Part shown: piece by piece, positions 9,336-18,398 of the stretch | Layout: every line of letters begins with the position of its first letter | How positions within the stretch are numbered: the stretch's first letter is position 1 | Source of the DNA: Eubacteriales bacterium | GTDB lineage: Bacteria > Bacillota > Clostridia > Christensenellales > Aristaeellaceae | Assembly (NCBI GenBank): GCA_031547595.1 | Contig: JAVBRU010000018.1 | Span: 3,896-67,895, forward strand | Direction: 5' to 3' | DNA length: 64,000 nucleotides | Notes under the pieces: generated by a model | Told to the model about the DNA's origin: nothing | Seen by the model: the letters and a program-made list of their open reading frames with translations, nothing else | The model's database searches: none | Translations under genes and position numbers: made by a program

Positions 9336-10214
9336 ATGACTTCTCTGATACGATTGGCGCCGGATATTTACCGGCTGGGAGTGCCCTTCGCCGGCTGCTG
9401 GACAGGCGTTGTTCTGGTGCTGGGCGAGGAAAACATCCTGATAGACAGTGGCGGATGCGCGGAAACGGTGGACAGTTGTATCGTGCCTGCACTGGCGGAA
9501 TTGGGTTATACGCTGCAGGATATTGCCTGGGTGGCACTCACGCATATCCATGGCGATCATGTGGGCGGCTGCGCGCGGTTAAAGGCGCTTGCGCCGCATA
9601 TCCGCTTTGCGTGCTTTGCCGAATCAAAACAGCGCATCCGGGAGCCGCTTGTGTATTCCAAGCAAATCCGCGCACGCTTCCCCCGCCACAGCGCCGGTGC
9701 GCCGGCTGTGCTGGAAGGGGTGGAGCCATACCGCCTGCTTTCAGATGGGGAAAGCGTTTGCACCTTGCGCCTCATCCACACCCCGGGGCATGACAGCGAT
9801 AGCTGCTGCTATCTGGACACGCGCTCTGGCACGCTGATCACGGGGGATTCCCTGCAGCTGAACGGCACCGTCACCCAAGGGTGCGCCCTGTTAATGGACG
9901 ACCGTTATGACGAGAGCCTTGAAAAACTGTGTTCCTTGCCCATTCAAAACATTATTTGCGGGCATGAGTATCTGCCGCTGGGCGGCCAGGCCATCGGTAC
10001 TGTGGATTCTTTACATTTTTTGCAGGTGTGCAAAAGCATCTCTGCGCACAACCGGGGCTTTGTGCACGGCATGCAGGCCGCCGGGGTTCTGGACGCCGTG
10101 GAGATCGCCAAGGCATTGATTGGCGAAGTAGGCGGCGTGCAGCCGCAGCATTTGTTTCTGCCCCTGTATACGGTGATGGGGTACATAAGCGAAGGAGAGG
10201 GGAGTACGTTATGA
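9336..10214 (+). CDS. MBL-fold metallo-hydrolase
   Basis: 292 aa with the metallo-beta-lactamase motif ALTHIHGDHVGG (HxHxDH) and a later …HTPGHDSDS… It is the first gene of the plus-strand operon. Confidence 0.85.
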   Translation: MTSLIRLAPDIYRLGVPFAGCWTGVVLVLGEENILIDSGGCAETVDSCIVPALAELGYTLQDIAWVALTHIHGDHVGGCARLKALAPHIRFACFAESKQRIREPLVYSKQIRARFPRHSAGAPAVLEGVEPYRLLSDGESVCTLRLIHTPGHDSDSCCYLDTRSGTLITGDSLQLNGTVTQGCALLMDDRYDESLEKLCSLPIQNIICGHEYLPLGGQAIGTVDSLHFLQVCKSISAHNRGFVHGMQAAGVLDAVEIAKALIGEVGGVQPQHLFLPLYTVMGYISEGEGSTL

Positions 10215-11002
10215 GGAAATCCGTCTTGATTACCGGCGCGTCCAGCGGCATTGGCGCGGCCTGCGCGGTGGCCTTTGCCAAGGAGGGCTATGATGTGGGG
10301 ATTAACTACCATAGCTCCCGGGAAGGCGCGGAGCAGGTGGCGCAAAAGTGCCGGGAGGCCGGTGCGCAGGCGCAGATTTATGAGGCTGATGTGTCCAAAC
10401 GCGCAGATTGCCAGGCCATGCTGGCGGCGTTTATCGCGCACTTTGGCAAGATCGATGTGCTGGTGAACAACGCGGGCGGCGCGCTCAAAATGCCGCAAGG
10501 CGGCTTTGAAGATATGCCGCTGGATTATTGGGACGATCAGGTGGCGCTCAACCTGAATGCCGCGGCCTATTGCTCTCGCTTTGCGGCCAAGGACATGATT
10601 GAAAAGGGCATCCAGGGCGCGATTATCAATATTTCGTCCGTACACAGCCAGGTGACGTGGGTGAAGCGCAAGGCACTTCCTTATTCCGCTGCCAAGGCGG
10701 GGCTGAACATGTTCACCAAATCCATCGGGGTGGAGCTGATTGAGCATGGCATTAACGTCAACTGCATCGCGCCCGGCCTGATTTATACCAAGATTATGAG
10801 CCGGTATAGCGACCGTGATATCAACGGCTTCAACCGCAAGATTCCCTTTGGCGGCGGCGGCCAGCCCAGCGACATCACGCCGCTGGTGCTCTTTCTGGCC
10901 GATAAGGAAAAGAGCCGCTTTATCGTGGGGCAAACGGTGTTTATCGATGGCGGCCAGTCCATAGACGGCGCGATTGACTGCATGCTGGATGATGTATATT
11001 AA
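10211..11002 (+). CDS. SDR-family oxidoreductase
   Basis: The track ORF is trimmed to ATG 10211, which overlaps the upstream stop as ATGA. 263 aa with TGASSGIGAA (TGxxxGxG), NNAG and the YSAAK catalytic motif. Confidence 0.9.
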   Translation: MRKSVLITGASSGIGAACAVAFAKEGYDVGINYHSSREGAEQVAQKCREAGAQAQIYEADVSKRADCQAMLAAFIAHFGKIDVLVNNAGGALKMPQGGFEDMPLDYWDDQVALNLNAAAYCSRFAAKDMIEKGIQGAIINISSVHSQVTWVKRKALPYSAAKAGLNMFTKSIGVELIEHGINVNCIAPGLIYTKIMSRYSDRDINGFNRKIPFGGGGQPSDITPLVLFLADKEKSRFIVGQTVFIDGGQSIDGAIDCMLDDVY

Positions 11003-11030
11003 TTCATTATAAACGCAGGAGGAAAAGAAA

Positions 11031-12707
11031 ATGAAGAAGACCTATAAGGACATGCGCAGTAACTGGGAATTTGGCGAGGCGTCCGAATGCCGCCGCGGCT
11101 TGATGCTTGGTATGGGCTACAGCGAGGAAGAACTCAAGCGCCCGCTGATCGCGGTGGTGAACTCCTGGAACGAATACAACCCCGGCCATGTGCACCTCAA
11201 AGAGCTGGCGGAGCGCGTGAAGCAGGGCGTGCGCGAGGCGGGCGGCCTGCCTCTTGAAGTGATGACCACCGCCATTTGCGACGGCATGGTGCTCAAAGAC
11301 CCCAAATACATCGAAATCCCCAGCCGCAACTGCATTGCCGATCAGGTGGAGCTGACGGTGGAGGGCAACTTCTTTGATGGCATGGTGATGCTGTCCACCT
11401 GCGATTCCATCGTGCCCGGCCATATGATGGGCGCGGCGCGGCTTGATATCCCCACCATCATCGTCACCGGCGGCTATATGCCCCACGGACAATTCCGCGG
11501 CCAGGAAGTGGTGCACATCCGCGCGCAGGATAAGGTGGGCACCGCTGCCGAGGGCAAGATGGACATGGACGAATACAACGGCCTGATTGCCAATAGCTGG
11601 GGCATCTGCGGCGCTTGCACCTCCATGACCACTGCCAACTCCATGTGTATGATGGCGGAAGCCATGGGCCTGACTCTGCCCGGCAACTCCAATATGAGTG
11701 CCGTGTCCAGCCAGATCCGCCTGCTGGCCTATCAGGCGGGCAAGCAGATCATGAACCTCGTAGAGAACGACATCACCGCCCGCAAGATCATGACGGTAGA
11801 CGCCATCAAGAACGCCATTGCCGTCAATATGGCTGTGGCAGGCAGCTCCAACTTGATATTGCATCTGCCCGCCATCGCGCACGAGGCGGGGTACGACCTG
11901 CCCTGGTGGAAGTATTTTGACGAAGCCTCCAACACCGTGCCGCTGATGAGCCATCTGATGCCGGGTGGCGAGTATTCCGTGAAGGACTTCGACCGTGCGG
12001 GCGGCATGCCTGCCCTGATGAAGAACCTCTTGCCCTGCCTGAACGGTGATTGCCTGACAGTCACCGGCAACACGGTGGCCGAGAACGTGAAAAACGCCGT
12101 TGTGTACAATGCAGATTGCATCCGCACCCTGGATAACCCCGTGATGAAGGACCCCGGCATTGGCGTATTGTATGGCAACCTCGCGCCGGAAGGCTCAATC
12201 CTGAAGATCGCCGCCGTGCCGGAATGCCTGATGCACTTCAAAGGCGCGGCCAAGTGCTATGACAGCCTGCAGGATGGCCTGGATGCGCTGCGCTCCGGAC
12301 AGATTGTGGAGGGCGACGCCATTGTGCTGCGCTTCCTTGGCCTCAAGGGCCGCTTTGGCACCACCGCATTCACCTTCCAGGAAGAGCTCAAGGGCCAACC
12401 GAAGCTGTATAACTCCTGCGCGATTGTGACGGATGGACGCTTTTCCGGCGGCACCTCCGGCCTCAGCGTTGGCTATGTCAGCCCCGAAGCGGCGCTTGGC
12501 AGCCCGCTGTCCATCGTGCAAAATGGCGATATGATTGAGATCGACGTGCCGGGGCGCAGCATCGATCTTCTGCTTTCCGAAGACGAAATCAAAGCGCGCA
12601 TTGAGAAATTCTCTTGGGAGTTCCCCGGCTCTACGTATCCGCGCTTCCTGCGCCTGTTCGCCCGCAACATCAGCTCCATGGCCAAGGGTGGCATTTGGGA
12701 AGTATGA
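11031..12707 (+). CDS. IlvD/Edd-family dehydratase (dihydroxy-acid or sugar-acid dehydratase)
   Basis: 558 aa. Regions …KRPLIAVVNSWNEYNPGHVHL…, …TCDSIVPGHMMGAAR… (Fe-S Cys region) and …TDGRFSGGTSGLSVGYVSPEA… are hallmark IlvD/Edd segments. The operon context (SDR, MBL hydrolase, kdgK/eda nearby) favours a sugar-acid dehydratase over biosynthetic IlvD. Confidence 0.85.
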   Translation: MKKTYKDMRSNWEFGEASECRRGLMLGMGYSEEELKRPLIAVVNSWNEYNPGHVHLKELAERVKQGVREAGGLPLEVMTTAICDGMVLKDPKYIEIPSRNCIADQVELTVEGNFFDGMVMLSTCDSIVPGHMMGAARLDIPTIIVTGGYMPHGQFRGQEVVHIRAQDKVGTAAEGKMDMDEYNGLIANSWGICGACTSMTTANSMCMMAEAMGLTLPGNSNMSAVSSQIRLLAYQAGKQIMNLVENDITARKIMTVDAIKNAIAVNMAVAGSSNLILHLPAIAHEAGYDLPWWKYFDEASNTVPLMSHLMPGGEYSVKDFDRAGGMPALMKNLLPCLNGDCLTVTGNTVAENVKNAVVYNADCIRTLDNPVMKDPGIGVLYGNLAPEGSILKIAAVPECLMHFKGAAKCYDSLQDGLDALRSGQIVEGDAIVLRFLGLKGRFGTTAFTFQEELKGQPKLYNSCAIVTDGRFSGGTSGLSVGYVSPEAALGSPLSIVQNGDMIEIDVPGRSIDLLLSEDEIKARIEKFSWEFPGSTYPRFLRLFARNISSMAKGGIWEV

Positions 12708-14296
12708 CAACCCTGATAACGGATTGCCTGGTGCTGGGCGGCGGCCTGTCCGGATGGATGGCCGCGGGCGAGCTCTGCCAGGCAGGCCATATGGTCGCCC
12801 TCGTGCAGGAAGGCATGGGGGCGTCCCCTTGGGTGCACGGCTTCAATGTGCCGCTGCACCCGGACGACAGCGCCGGGAGCTTCCTCTCTGATACACTGCA
12901 AAGCGGCCAGGGCATTGGCGACCCGGCTTTGGCCGAGGCGCTGTGCATGGACGCACCGCTGGTGTTTGAGGGGCTTCAAAAGCTGGGGCTTTCATTCAAC
13001 CAGGACGAAAAAGGATATCAGCTGCTGCGTCCGCTGGGTGCCAGTTTCCCCCGTGTCGCTTCCATCGGCAACGAAACGGGCGTAGCGATCCTCAAGAAGA
13101 TACGCGAGAATTTGATGGACAAGGTGCGGCAAATCCCACACGCCAGGGCGGTGCGGCTTCTCACGGAAGGGAGCCGCGTGACGGGCGCGTTGGTGTTTGA
13201 CAAATCTGCCGGGCAGTGGATCGCAATCCACGCCAAGGCGGTGGTGCTGGCATGCGGCGGGTTTTGCGGCATTTATCCCGTGTCTACCAACAAATATGAC
13301 GCGGGCGGAGATGGCATCGCCATGGCTTTTCTGGCGGGCGCGCCGCTTAGGGATATGGAGTTTATCCAGTTTGAACCCAGCGCAGCCGTATGGCCCAAGG
13401 CGCTGGTGGGTACCAGCATGATCACCACCATGTTTTATCAGGGCGCGGTGCTTCGCAACCGCGCCGGTGAACGCTTTATGCAAAAGCATGGTGACAAGGC
13501 GGAGTGCGTCAATAAAGACGTGCTCAGCCAGTGCATTGCCGCCGAAATCGCGGCAGGGCAGGGCACAGAGCATCAAGGCGTTTATTTCGATGCCACCGCC
13601 GTGGGGCGGGAGGTGCTGGAGCGGGAATACCCAAGCTATGTGGAGCGCTACCGGAAGGTGGGTATCGATTTGGCTACCCAGCCGGTGGAGCTCGCGCCCG
13701 CGCCGCATACATCCCTTGGCGGCGTGTGCATCAAAGCAAATGGCGAAACGGCGCTCAAAGGGCTGTTTGCCTGCGGCGAAGTGACGGGCGGCGTGCACGG
13801 CGCGAATCGCCTGGGCGGCAGCGCGGGCCTTGAAACGCTGGTGTTTGGCCACAGGGCCGGGCAGGCCGCCGCACGGTATGCGAAGGATGCGGAGGTCGTT
13901 TCATCAGAAGTCCCAATCCCTTGTACAACAGGAGAGGTATCGATTGCCTCTAATATAAAGCAATTACGTACGCAAATGCAACTTGCCTTGGCGTGCGGTG
14001 CGGGCGTGCTGCGCACAGGCGATCAACTGATGATATCGATTCAAGAGTTGCAGGCCATCCAGACAGAGTTAAATGCCCTTGCCCCGGCCAGTGATGTGGA
14101 AGCGTTTGATCAGATGCGCTTGCAAAACGATGTGCTGACAGCGCTGCTGGTGTGCACCGCCGCCCATGCGCGCGACGGTTCTGTGGGCTGTCATTTGCGC
14201 ACGGACTCCCCCTCGAAGCAGTCGCCCTATTTTGTCAAGTTGATAAAAGGCGAGGGAGCGTCCGTCCGCGTACAGAAGGAGGAGATCACCCTTTGA
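12704..14296 (+). CDS. FAD-dependent oxidoreductase (succinate dehydrogenase/fumarate reductase/L-aspartate oxidase flavoprotein-like)
   Basis: Trimmed to ATG 12704 (ATGA overlap with the dehydratase stop). 530 aa with the N-terminal dinucleotide fold DCLVLGGGLSGWMAAGE and the C-terminal FAD motif GLFACGEVTGGVHGANRLGGSAGLETLVFG. Confidence 0.8.
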   Translation: MTTLITDCLVLGGGLSGWMAAGELCQAGHMVALVQEGMGASPWVHGFNVPLHPDDSAGSFLSDTLQSGQGIGDPALAEALCMDAPLVFEGLQKLGLSFNQDEKGYQLLRPLGASFPRVASIGNETGVAILKKIRENLMDKVRQIPHARAVRLLTEGSRVTGALVFDKSAGQWIAIHAKAVVLACGGFCGIYPVSTNKYDAGGDGIAMAFLAGAPLRDMEFIQFEPSAAVWPKALVGTSMITTMFYQGAVLRNRAGERFMQKHGDKAECVNKDVLSQCIAAEIAAGQGTEHQGVYFDATAVGREVLEREYPSYVERYRKVGIDLATQPVELAPAPHTSLGGVCIKANGETALKGLFACGEVTGGVHGANRLGGSAGLETLVFGHRAGQAAARYAKDAEVVSSEVPIPCTTGEVSIASNIKQLRTQMQLALACGAGVLRTGDQLMISIQELQAIQTELNALAPASDVEAFDQMRLQNDVLTALLVCTAAHARDGSVGCHLRTDSPSKQSPYFVKLIKGEGASVRVQKEEITL

Positions 14297-15804
14297 AAAA
14301 CGTGTATGTGGTGAAGAACCGCTATGTGGATTCTGTCACGCTGATGGGCGTGGCGGAGGGCGTGCTGCAAAAAACCGCGCTGCACGGAGCGGAAAGCGGC
14401 ATGGGCACGGATGCGAATATTGAGCTTTTGACTTCCATGGGCTATCTGGTGCCGCAGGGTACCCGAAAATCCGATCTGATGCTGGCGCTTCACGGCGACA
14501 CGCAGGAGCAGCTGGAACAGGGCTATCAAATCGGCCTGGAGGTGCTGAACCACGGCGCACAGCAGGGGCGGATGTATTACGATCTGAACGACGTACCCTG
14601 CGGCCAGTTTGACATTGCGCAGATTTCCCTGCCCGGCTGCTATGCCGCAGCGGAGATTAAAAAGGCGCTGCACAAGGGTATGGATGTGTTTGTATTCAGC
14701 GATAACGTGTCTTTGGAAGAGGAGCGCGAGTGCAAGCTGCTGGGGCAAAGCCTTGGGCGCTTGGTGATGGGGCCGGATGCGGGCGTGGGGTTGATTGGCG
14801 GCGTGGCGCTGGCGGCAGGCAGCATTGTGCGGGAGGGCGACGTAGGCATTGTGGCAGCCAGCGGCTCTGGCGCGCAGGAAGTGGCGTGCCTGATCGAGCG
14901 GCTGGGCGGTGGTGTCAGCCAAATCATTGGCACCGGCGGGCATGATTTGAACCCCGCCGTTGGCGGCATCACCATGCGTATGGGCATGGAGCGCCTGGAA
15001 AAGGACGAGAACACCCGCGTGATCTGTCTGATTTCCAAGCTGGCGGACAGCCAAGTGATGGCGGAAATTCTACAGGAAGCCGATGCGCTGAAAAAGCCTG
15101 TGGTGGTGCTGTTCCTGGGTGCGGAGCCTGCGCTGTTTGCGGGGCATAAGGCGCTGGCTGCGTTCTCGCTGGAGGAAGCCGCGTGCCTGTGCTATCAGCA
15201 AGCTACCGGCCAGAAAAAGGCGCTGGGCTGGCAGGAAGCGCAAATGCAGGAAATGGTTGATGAACGCTTAAAAACACTTTCCCCGCAGCGCAAATACTTC
15301 CGCGGCCTGTACTGCGGCGGCACATTTACAGAAGAAGCGATGATCCTCTTTTCACAAACCAATCCACAGGTGCAGCTCTATTCCAATCTGCGCACGCGAT
15401 ATGCCGCGCCGCTTCAATCGCATCACCAGAGTTTTGAACACAGCATACTGGATCTTGGGGCGGAGGACTTCACCGCCGAAGCGCCGCACCCGGTGTTTGA
15501 CCCGCAGCTGCGCCTTCAGCGCCTGCAGCAGGAGCTTTCAGACCCTGAGGTGGCGGTGATTCTGCTGGACTTTATCACCGGCCCCGGCGTGCACCCAAAC
15601 CCGATTTTGCCTTTTGTGCCCGTCATCGCCGCGCATCCGGAGGTGGTGTTTATCGCCACCATTTGCGGCGCTAAGGGAGACCCGCAGGATATCGTCAAAG
15701 CGCGTGAAGCACTCGAAAAGGCCGGGGCTGTGGTGGCGGATTCCAATCACCAGAGTGCAAGGCTCGCCGCCGCGTGGATGACGGCGCTGGAAGGGAGGGC
15801 GTAG
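14293..15804 (+). CDS. fdrA: FdrA-family protein (succinyl-CoA-synthetase-alpha-like; AllF-like), body of a split gene
   Basis: Start is probably TTG 14293 (RBS GAAGGAGGAG upstream; it overlaps the preceding TGA). 503 aa. Motifs VFSDNVSLEEE, VMGPDAGVG, IVAASGSGAQEV and GTGGHDL match FdrA as I remember the E. coli protein. It ends at TAG 15802-15804, which is in frame with the next small ORF. Confidence 0.8.
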   Translation: MKNVYVVKNRYVDSVTLMGVAEGVLQKTALHGAESGMGTDANIELLTSMGYLVPQGTRKSDLMLALHGDTQEQLEQGYQIGLEVLNHGAQQGRMYYDLNDVPCGQFDIAQISLPGCYAAAEIKKALHKGMDVFVFSDNVSLEEERECKLLGQSLGRLVMGPDAGVGLIGGVALAAGSIVREGDVGIVAASGSGAQEVACLIERLGGGVSQIIGTGGHDLNPAVGGITMRMGMERLEKDENTRVICLISKLADSQVMAEILQEADALKKPVVVLFLGAEPALFAGHKALAAFSLEEAACLCYQQATGQKKALGWQEAQMQEMVDERLKTLSPQRKYFRGLYCGGTFTEEAMILFSQTNPQVQLYSNLRTRYAAPLQSHHQSFEHSILDLGAEDFTAEAPHPVFDPQLRLQRLQQELSDPEVAVILLDFITGPGVHPNPILPFVPVIAAHPEVVFIATICGAKGDPQDIVKAREALEKAGAVVADSNHQSARLAAAWMTALEGRA

Positions 15805-15807
15805 ATC

Positions 15808-15954
15808 ATGGAAAAGCCGCGTGTTGTGAACATCGGGATTGAAGTGTTTTATCAGGCGCTCGTTTTGCAGGAAGTGGACTGCGCACAAATCCAGTGGCAG
15901 CCTCCGGCAGAACAGAACGAAGAAATCACCTTCCTGCTGGACGCTTATTTATAA
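15808..15954 (+). CDS. 48-aa ORF corresponding to the C-terminal tail of canonical FdrA
   Basis: ATG 15808 has RBS GGGAGGG 8 nt upstream. It is in the same frame as FdrA, separated only by TAG plus one codon. The peptide is MEKPRVVNIGIEVFYQALVLQEVDCAQIQWQPPAEQNEEITFLLDAYL. It resembles the …VINIGL..FA.EL……V..QW.P.A… tail of full-length FdrA (from memory). It is below the 60-aa cut-off of the track. Confidence 0.6.
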   Translation: MEKPRVVNIGIEVFYQALVLQEVDCAQIQWQPPAEQNEEITFLLDAYL

Positions 15955-15972
15955 GAAACGGAGAAATGCACC

Positions 15973-17229
15973 ATGGATATTCGACAGAAAATTGCCGCCG
16001 CCAACGAGCAGGCAGTGCACTGTATTATTGATGCCGATCCGTACTGGGTGGATGTGCTGCCGGCTGGCGAGTGCATTGACGGGCTGACCGACCATATGAT
16101 TCTGCACTCCGGCCCGCCGGTTAATTATCAGGATATGGTGATGCTGCACAAGCGTGGCATGGTGAGCGCCATGCTGTTTGAAGGCTGGGCGAAGGACGAG
16201 CAGGAAGCCGTTGAACGCCTGAGCGCTGGCGAAATCAAAATTGCCTCCGCACTGGATTATAACACCGTGGGCGCGGGCACCGGCATCATCACCTCCTCTG
16301 TGATGATGAATGTGATTGAGGACCGGAACAGTGGCAAACGCGCCTGCACATTCCCGGCCGAAGGCCCTTTCCAGGGCGGCTTTTGCGGCTGGGGCTTGTA
16401 TAATGAAGGCATTGCCGAAAATTTGCGCTATATGCGGGAGGAACTGTTCCCGCTGTTCAAAGAAGTGCTGCAAAAAATCGGCGGCCTGGCCATCAAACCC
16501 ATTCTGGCCGAGTCCATGCAGATGGGTGACGAAAATCACACCCGCCAGACGGCAGCGGATTTGCTGTTTGACAAGCAGATTCTGCCCGCACTCTTCACCC
16601 TCGACCGCCCGCGCGAGGAAATCATGAAGCTGGTACGCTACATCGTGGAAACGCCGCGCTTCTTCCATTGCTATGGGCAGGGCGCGTCAAAGGCCGCGCT
16701 GCTGGCGGCGGAGGGCACGCCCTATTCCACGATGGTCACTGCCGTGTGCGGCAATGGCGTGGAGTTTGGCATCAAGGTGGCAGGGCTGCCGGGGCAGTGG
16801 TTCCTGGCACCTGCGCCCATGATGCAGGGGCGTTACACTTCTTCGCAGTTTACGATCAAGGATCAGCTGCCGTGGCTTGGCGATAGCTGCGTGGTGGAAT
16901 GCGCAGGTATGGGCGGCTTTGCCGCCGCGGCCAGCCCCATCACCTGCAATCTGCGCGGCATGAGCCTTTCTGCCGCCATCGCCCAAAGCCGGGAGATGGA
17001 GCGCATCTCCATCAGCAAAAACCCCAACTATCCCATCCCGAATATGGATTTTGACTTCCTGCCCGTGGGCATTGACATCCGTCTGGTGCTCAAATCCGGC
17101 ATCAGCCCCGTCATTCACGGCGGCATGTTCAGCCATCAGGGTGGCCTGATTGGCGCGGGCATGGCGCGTGTGCCGATGGCGTGCTTTGAAAACGCCATGA
17201 AGGCCTTTGCCGTGCGGTATACCCAATGA
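15973..17229 (+). CDS. DUF1116-family protein (YlbE/AllG-like)
   Basis: 418 aa. …HSGPPVNYQDMVMLHKRGMVSAMLFEGWAKDEQEA… closely resembles the E. coli YlbE N-terminal region as I recall it. Gene order directly after fdrA is as in E. coli fdrA-ylbE-ylbF. Confidence 0.75.
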   Translation: MDIRQKIAAANEQAVHCIIDADPYWVDVLPAGECIDGLTDHMILHSGPPVNYQDMVMLHKRGMVSAMLFEGWAKDEQEAVERLSAGEIKIASALDYNTVGAGTGIITSSVMMNVIEDRNSGKRACTFPAEGPFQGGFCGWGLYNEGIAENLRYMREELFPLFKEVLQKIGGLAIKPILAESMQMGDENHTRQTAADLLFDKQILPALFTLDRPREEIMKLVRYIVETPRFFHCYGQGASKAALLAAEGTPYSTMVTAVCGNGVEFGIKVAGLPGQWFLAPAPMMQGRYTSSQFTIKDQLPWLGDSCVVECAGMGGFAAAASPITCNLRGMSLSAAIAQSREMERISISKNPNYPIPNMDFDFLPVGIDIRLVLKSGISPVIHGGMFSHQGGLIGAGMARVPMACFENAMKAFAVRYTQ

Positions 17230-18398
17230 AGCAGATACTCGTATTGAACCTGGGTTCCACCAGCTTCAAATTCAAGCTGTACGATATGGACGGCGGGGAA
17301 AACCTGCTGGCCACCGGCAGCGTACAAAGCATTGGCACGGAAGGGACGCTGGAGGTGCGCACCGGCCTGCAAAGCCGCCGCATGCCCTGCGCTTGCCAGA
17401 CCCATGCGGATGCGTTGATCGATTGCCTGGATGCGCTTGGCGAGATCGGCTTTGAGGTATCGATGGACGCGCTTACTGCCATTGGTTATAAGGCCGTGCA
17501 TGGCGGCAGCGTATCGGGCACACAGCTTGTCACCGAAGAATTGTTGCAAGAGATGGAGCGCATGGCACCATTTGCCCCGGCGCACAATCCCGTGTATATC
17601 CGCATGATGCGTTCGATGCGGGAGAAGTACCCGCAGTGTATTCAAATTGCCAGCTTCGAAACCTCCTTCCACGCTACCGTGCCGCTTCGGCGTGCGGTGT
17701 ATGGCGTGCCGGATGCCTGGCGGCAGCAGTACGGCATCCGCCGGTACGGCTTCCATGGCTCCAGCCACAGCTATATCGCGTGGAAAATGCGGCAGCTTGC
17801 GCCCGGTGCGAAGCGGATTATCAGCGTGCACCTGGGAGGCTCCAACTCCCTTTGCGCGATATTGGATGGCAAAAGCATCGCCAACAGCATGGGCGCGACG
17901 CCTCAAAGCGGCGTGTTCCACAACAACCGGGTTGGGGATTTTGATGTGTTTTGCCTGCCCTTGCTGGCGGAAAAGCTGGGCGGTATTGACAATACCATGA
18001 ATGCCCTGTCCGCCGAGGGCGGGCTGCTGGGGATTTCCGGCGTCAGCAACGATCTTCGTGCCGTGCTGGGAGAAGCGGAGCAGGGCAATGCCCGGGCACA
18101 GTTGGCTGTTGACGCGTTTGTGGATATCATCATCGGCTATATTGGCATGTACACAGCATACCTCGGCGGGCTGGACGTGCTGGTGTTCACCGGCGGCATC
18201 GGGCAGAACTCTGCCTACATCCGCTCCAAGGTGGCAAGTGCTTTTGACTATCTGGGCTTGTCCTTATCCGAAATAAAGAACCACCAGCCCGGTGCGGAGG
18301 CGATTCATGCGGAAAACAGCGCCGTGCAGGTGTGGGCGCTGGAAACCAACGAAGAACTGATGGTGGCGCGCAATTGCTGCGCGCTGCTGGACGCATGA
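17226..18398 (+). CDS. acetate/propionate/butyrate kinase family protein
   Basis: 390 aa. N-terminal ILVLNLGSTSFKFKLYD, then …AHNP…, …FETSFH…, …RRYGFHGSSH…, …VHLGGSNS… and …VFTGGIGQNSA… are the canonical ASKHA acetate-kinase motifs. ATGA overlap with the upstream gene. Confidence 0.9.
   Translation: MKQILVLNLGSTSFKFKLYDMDGGENLLATGSVQSIGTEGTLEVRTGLQSRRMPCACQTHADALIDCLDALGEIGFEVSMDALTAIGYKAVHGGSVSGTQLVTEELLQEMERMAPFAPAHNPVYIRMMRSMREKYPQCIQIASFETSFHATVPLRRAVYGVPDAWRQQYGIRRYGFHGSSHSYIAWKMRQLAPGAKRIISVHLGGSNSLCAILDGKSIANSMGATPQSGVFHNNRVGDFDVFCLPLLAEKLGGIDNTMNALSAEGGLLGISGVSNDLRAVLGEAEQGNARAQLAVDAFVDIIIGYIGMYTAYLGGLDVLVFTGGIGQNSAYIRSKVASAFDYLGLSLSEIKNHQPGAEAIHAENSAVQVWALETNEELMVARNCCALLDA

Noticed and set aside
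9944-11954. Minus-strand ORFs of 329 aa (9944-10933) and 315 aa (11007-11954)
   Set aside because: They are antisense to the MBL/SDR and IlvD-family genes, which carry diagnostic motifs (HxHxDH, TGxxxGxG/YxxxK, and the IlvD Fe-S region).
15802-15804. In-frame TAG in FdrA read as pyrrolysine
   Set aside because: No pylTSBCD genes, PYLIS-like context or methylamine methyltransferase genes are visible in the window. The downstream piece has its own strong RBS and ATG, so a split gene or nonsense mutation is more parsimonious. This cannot be fully excluded without the whole genome.
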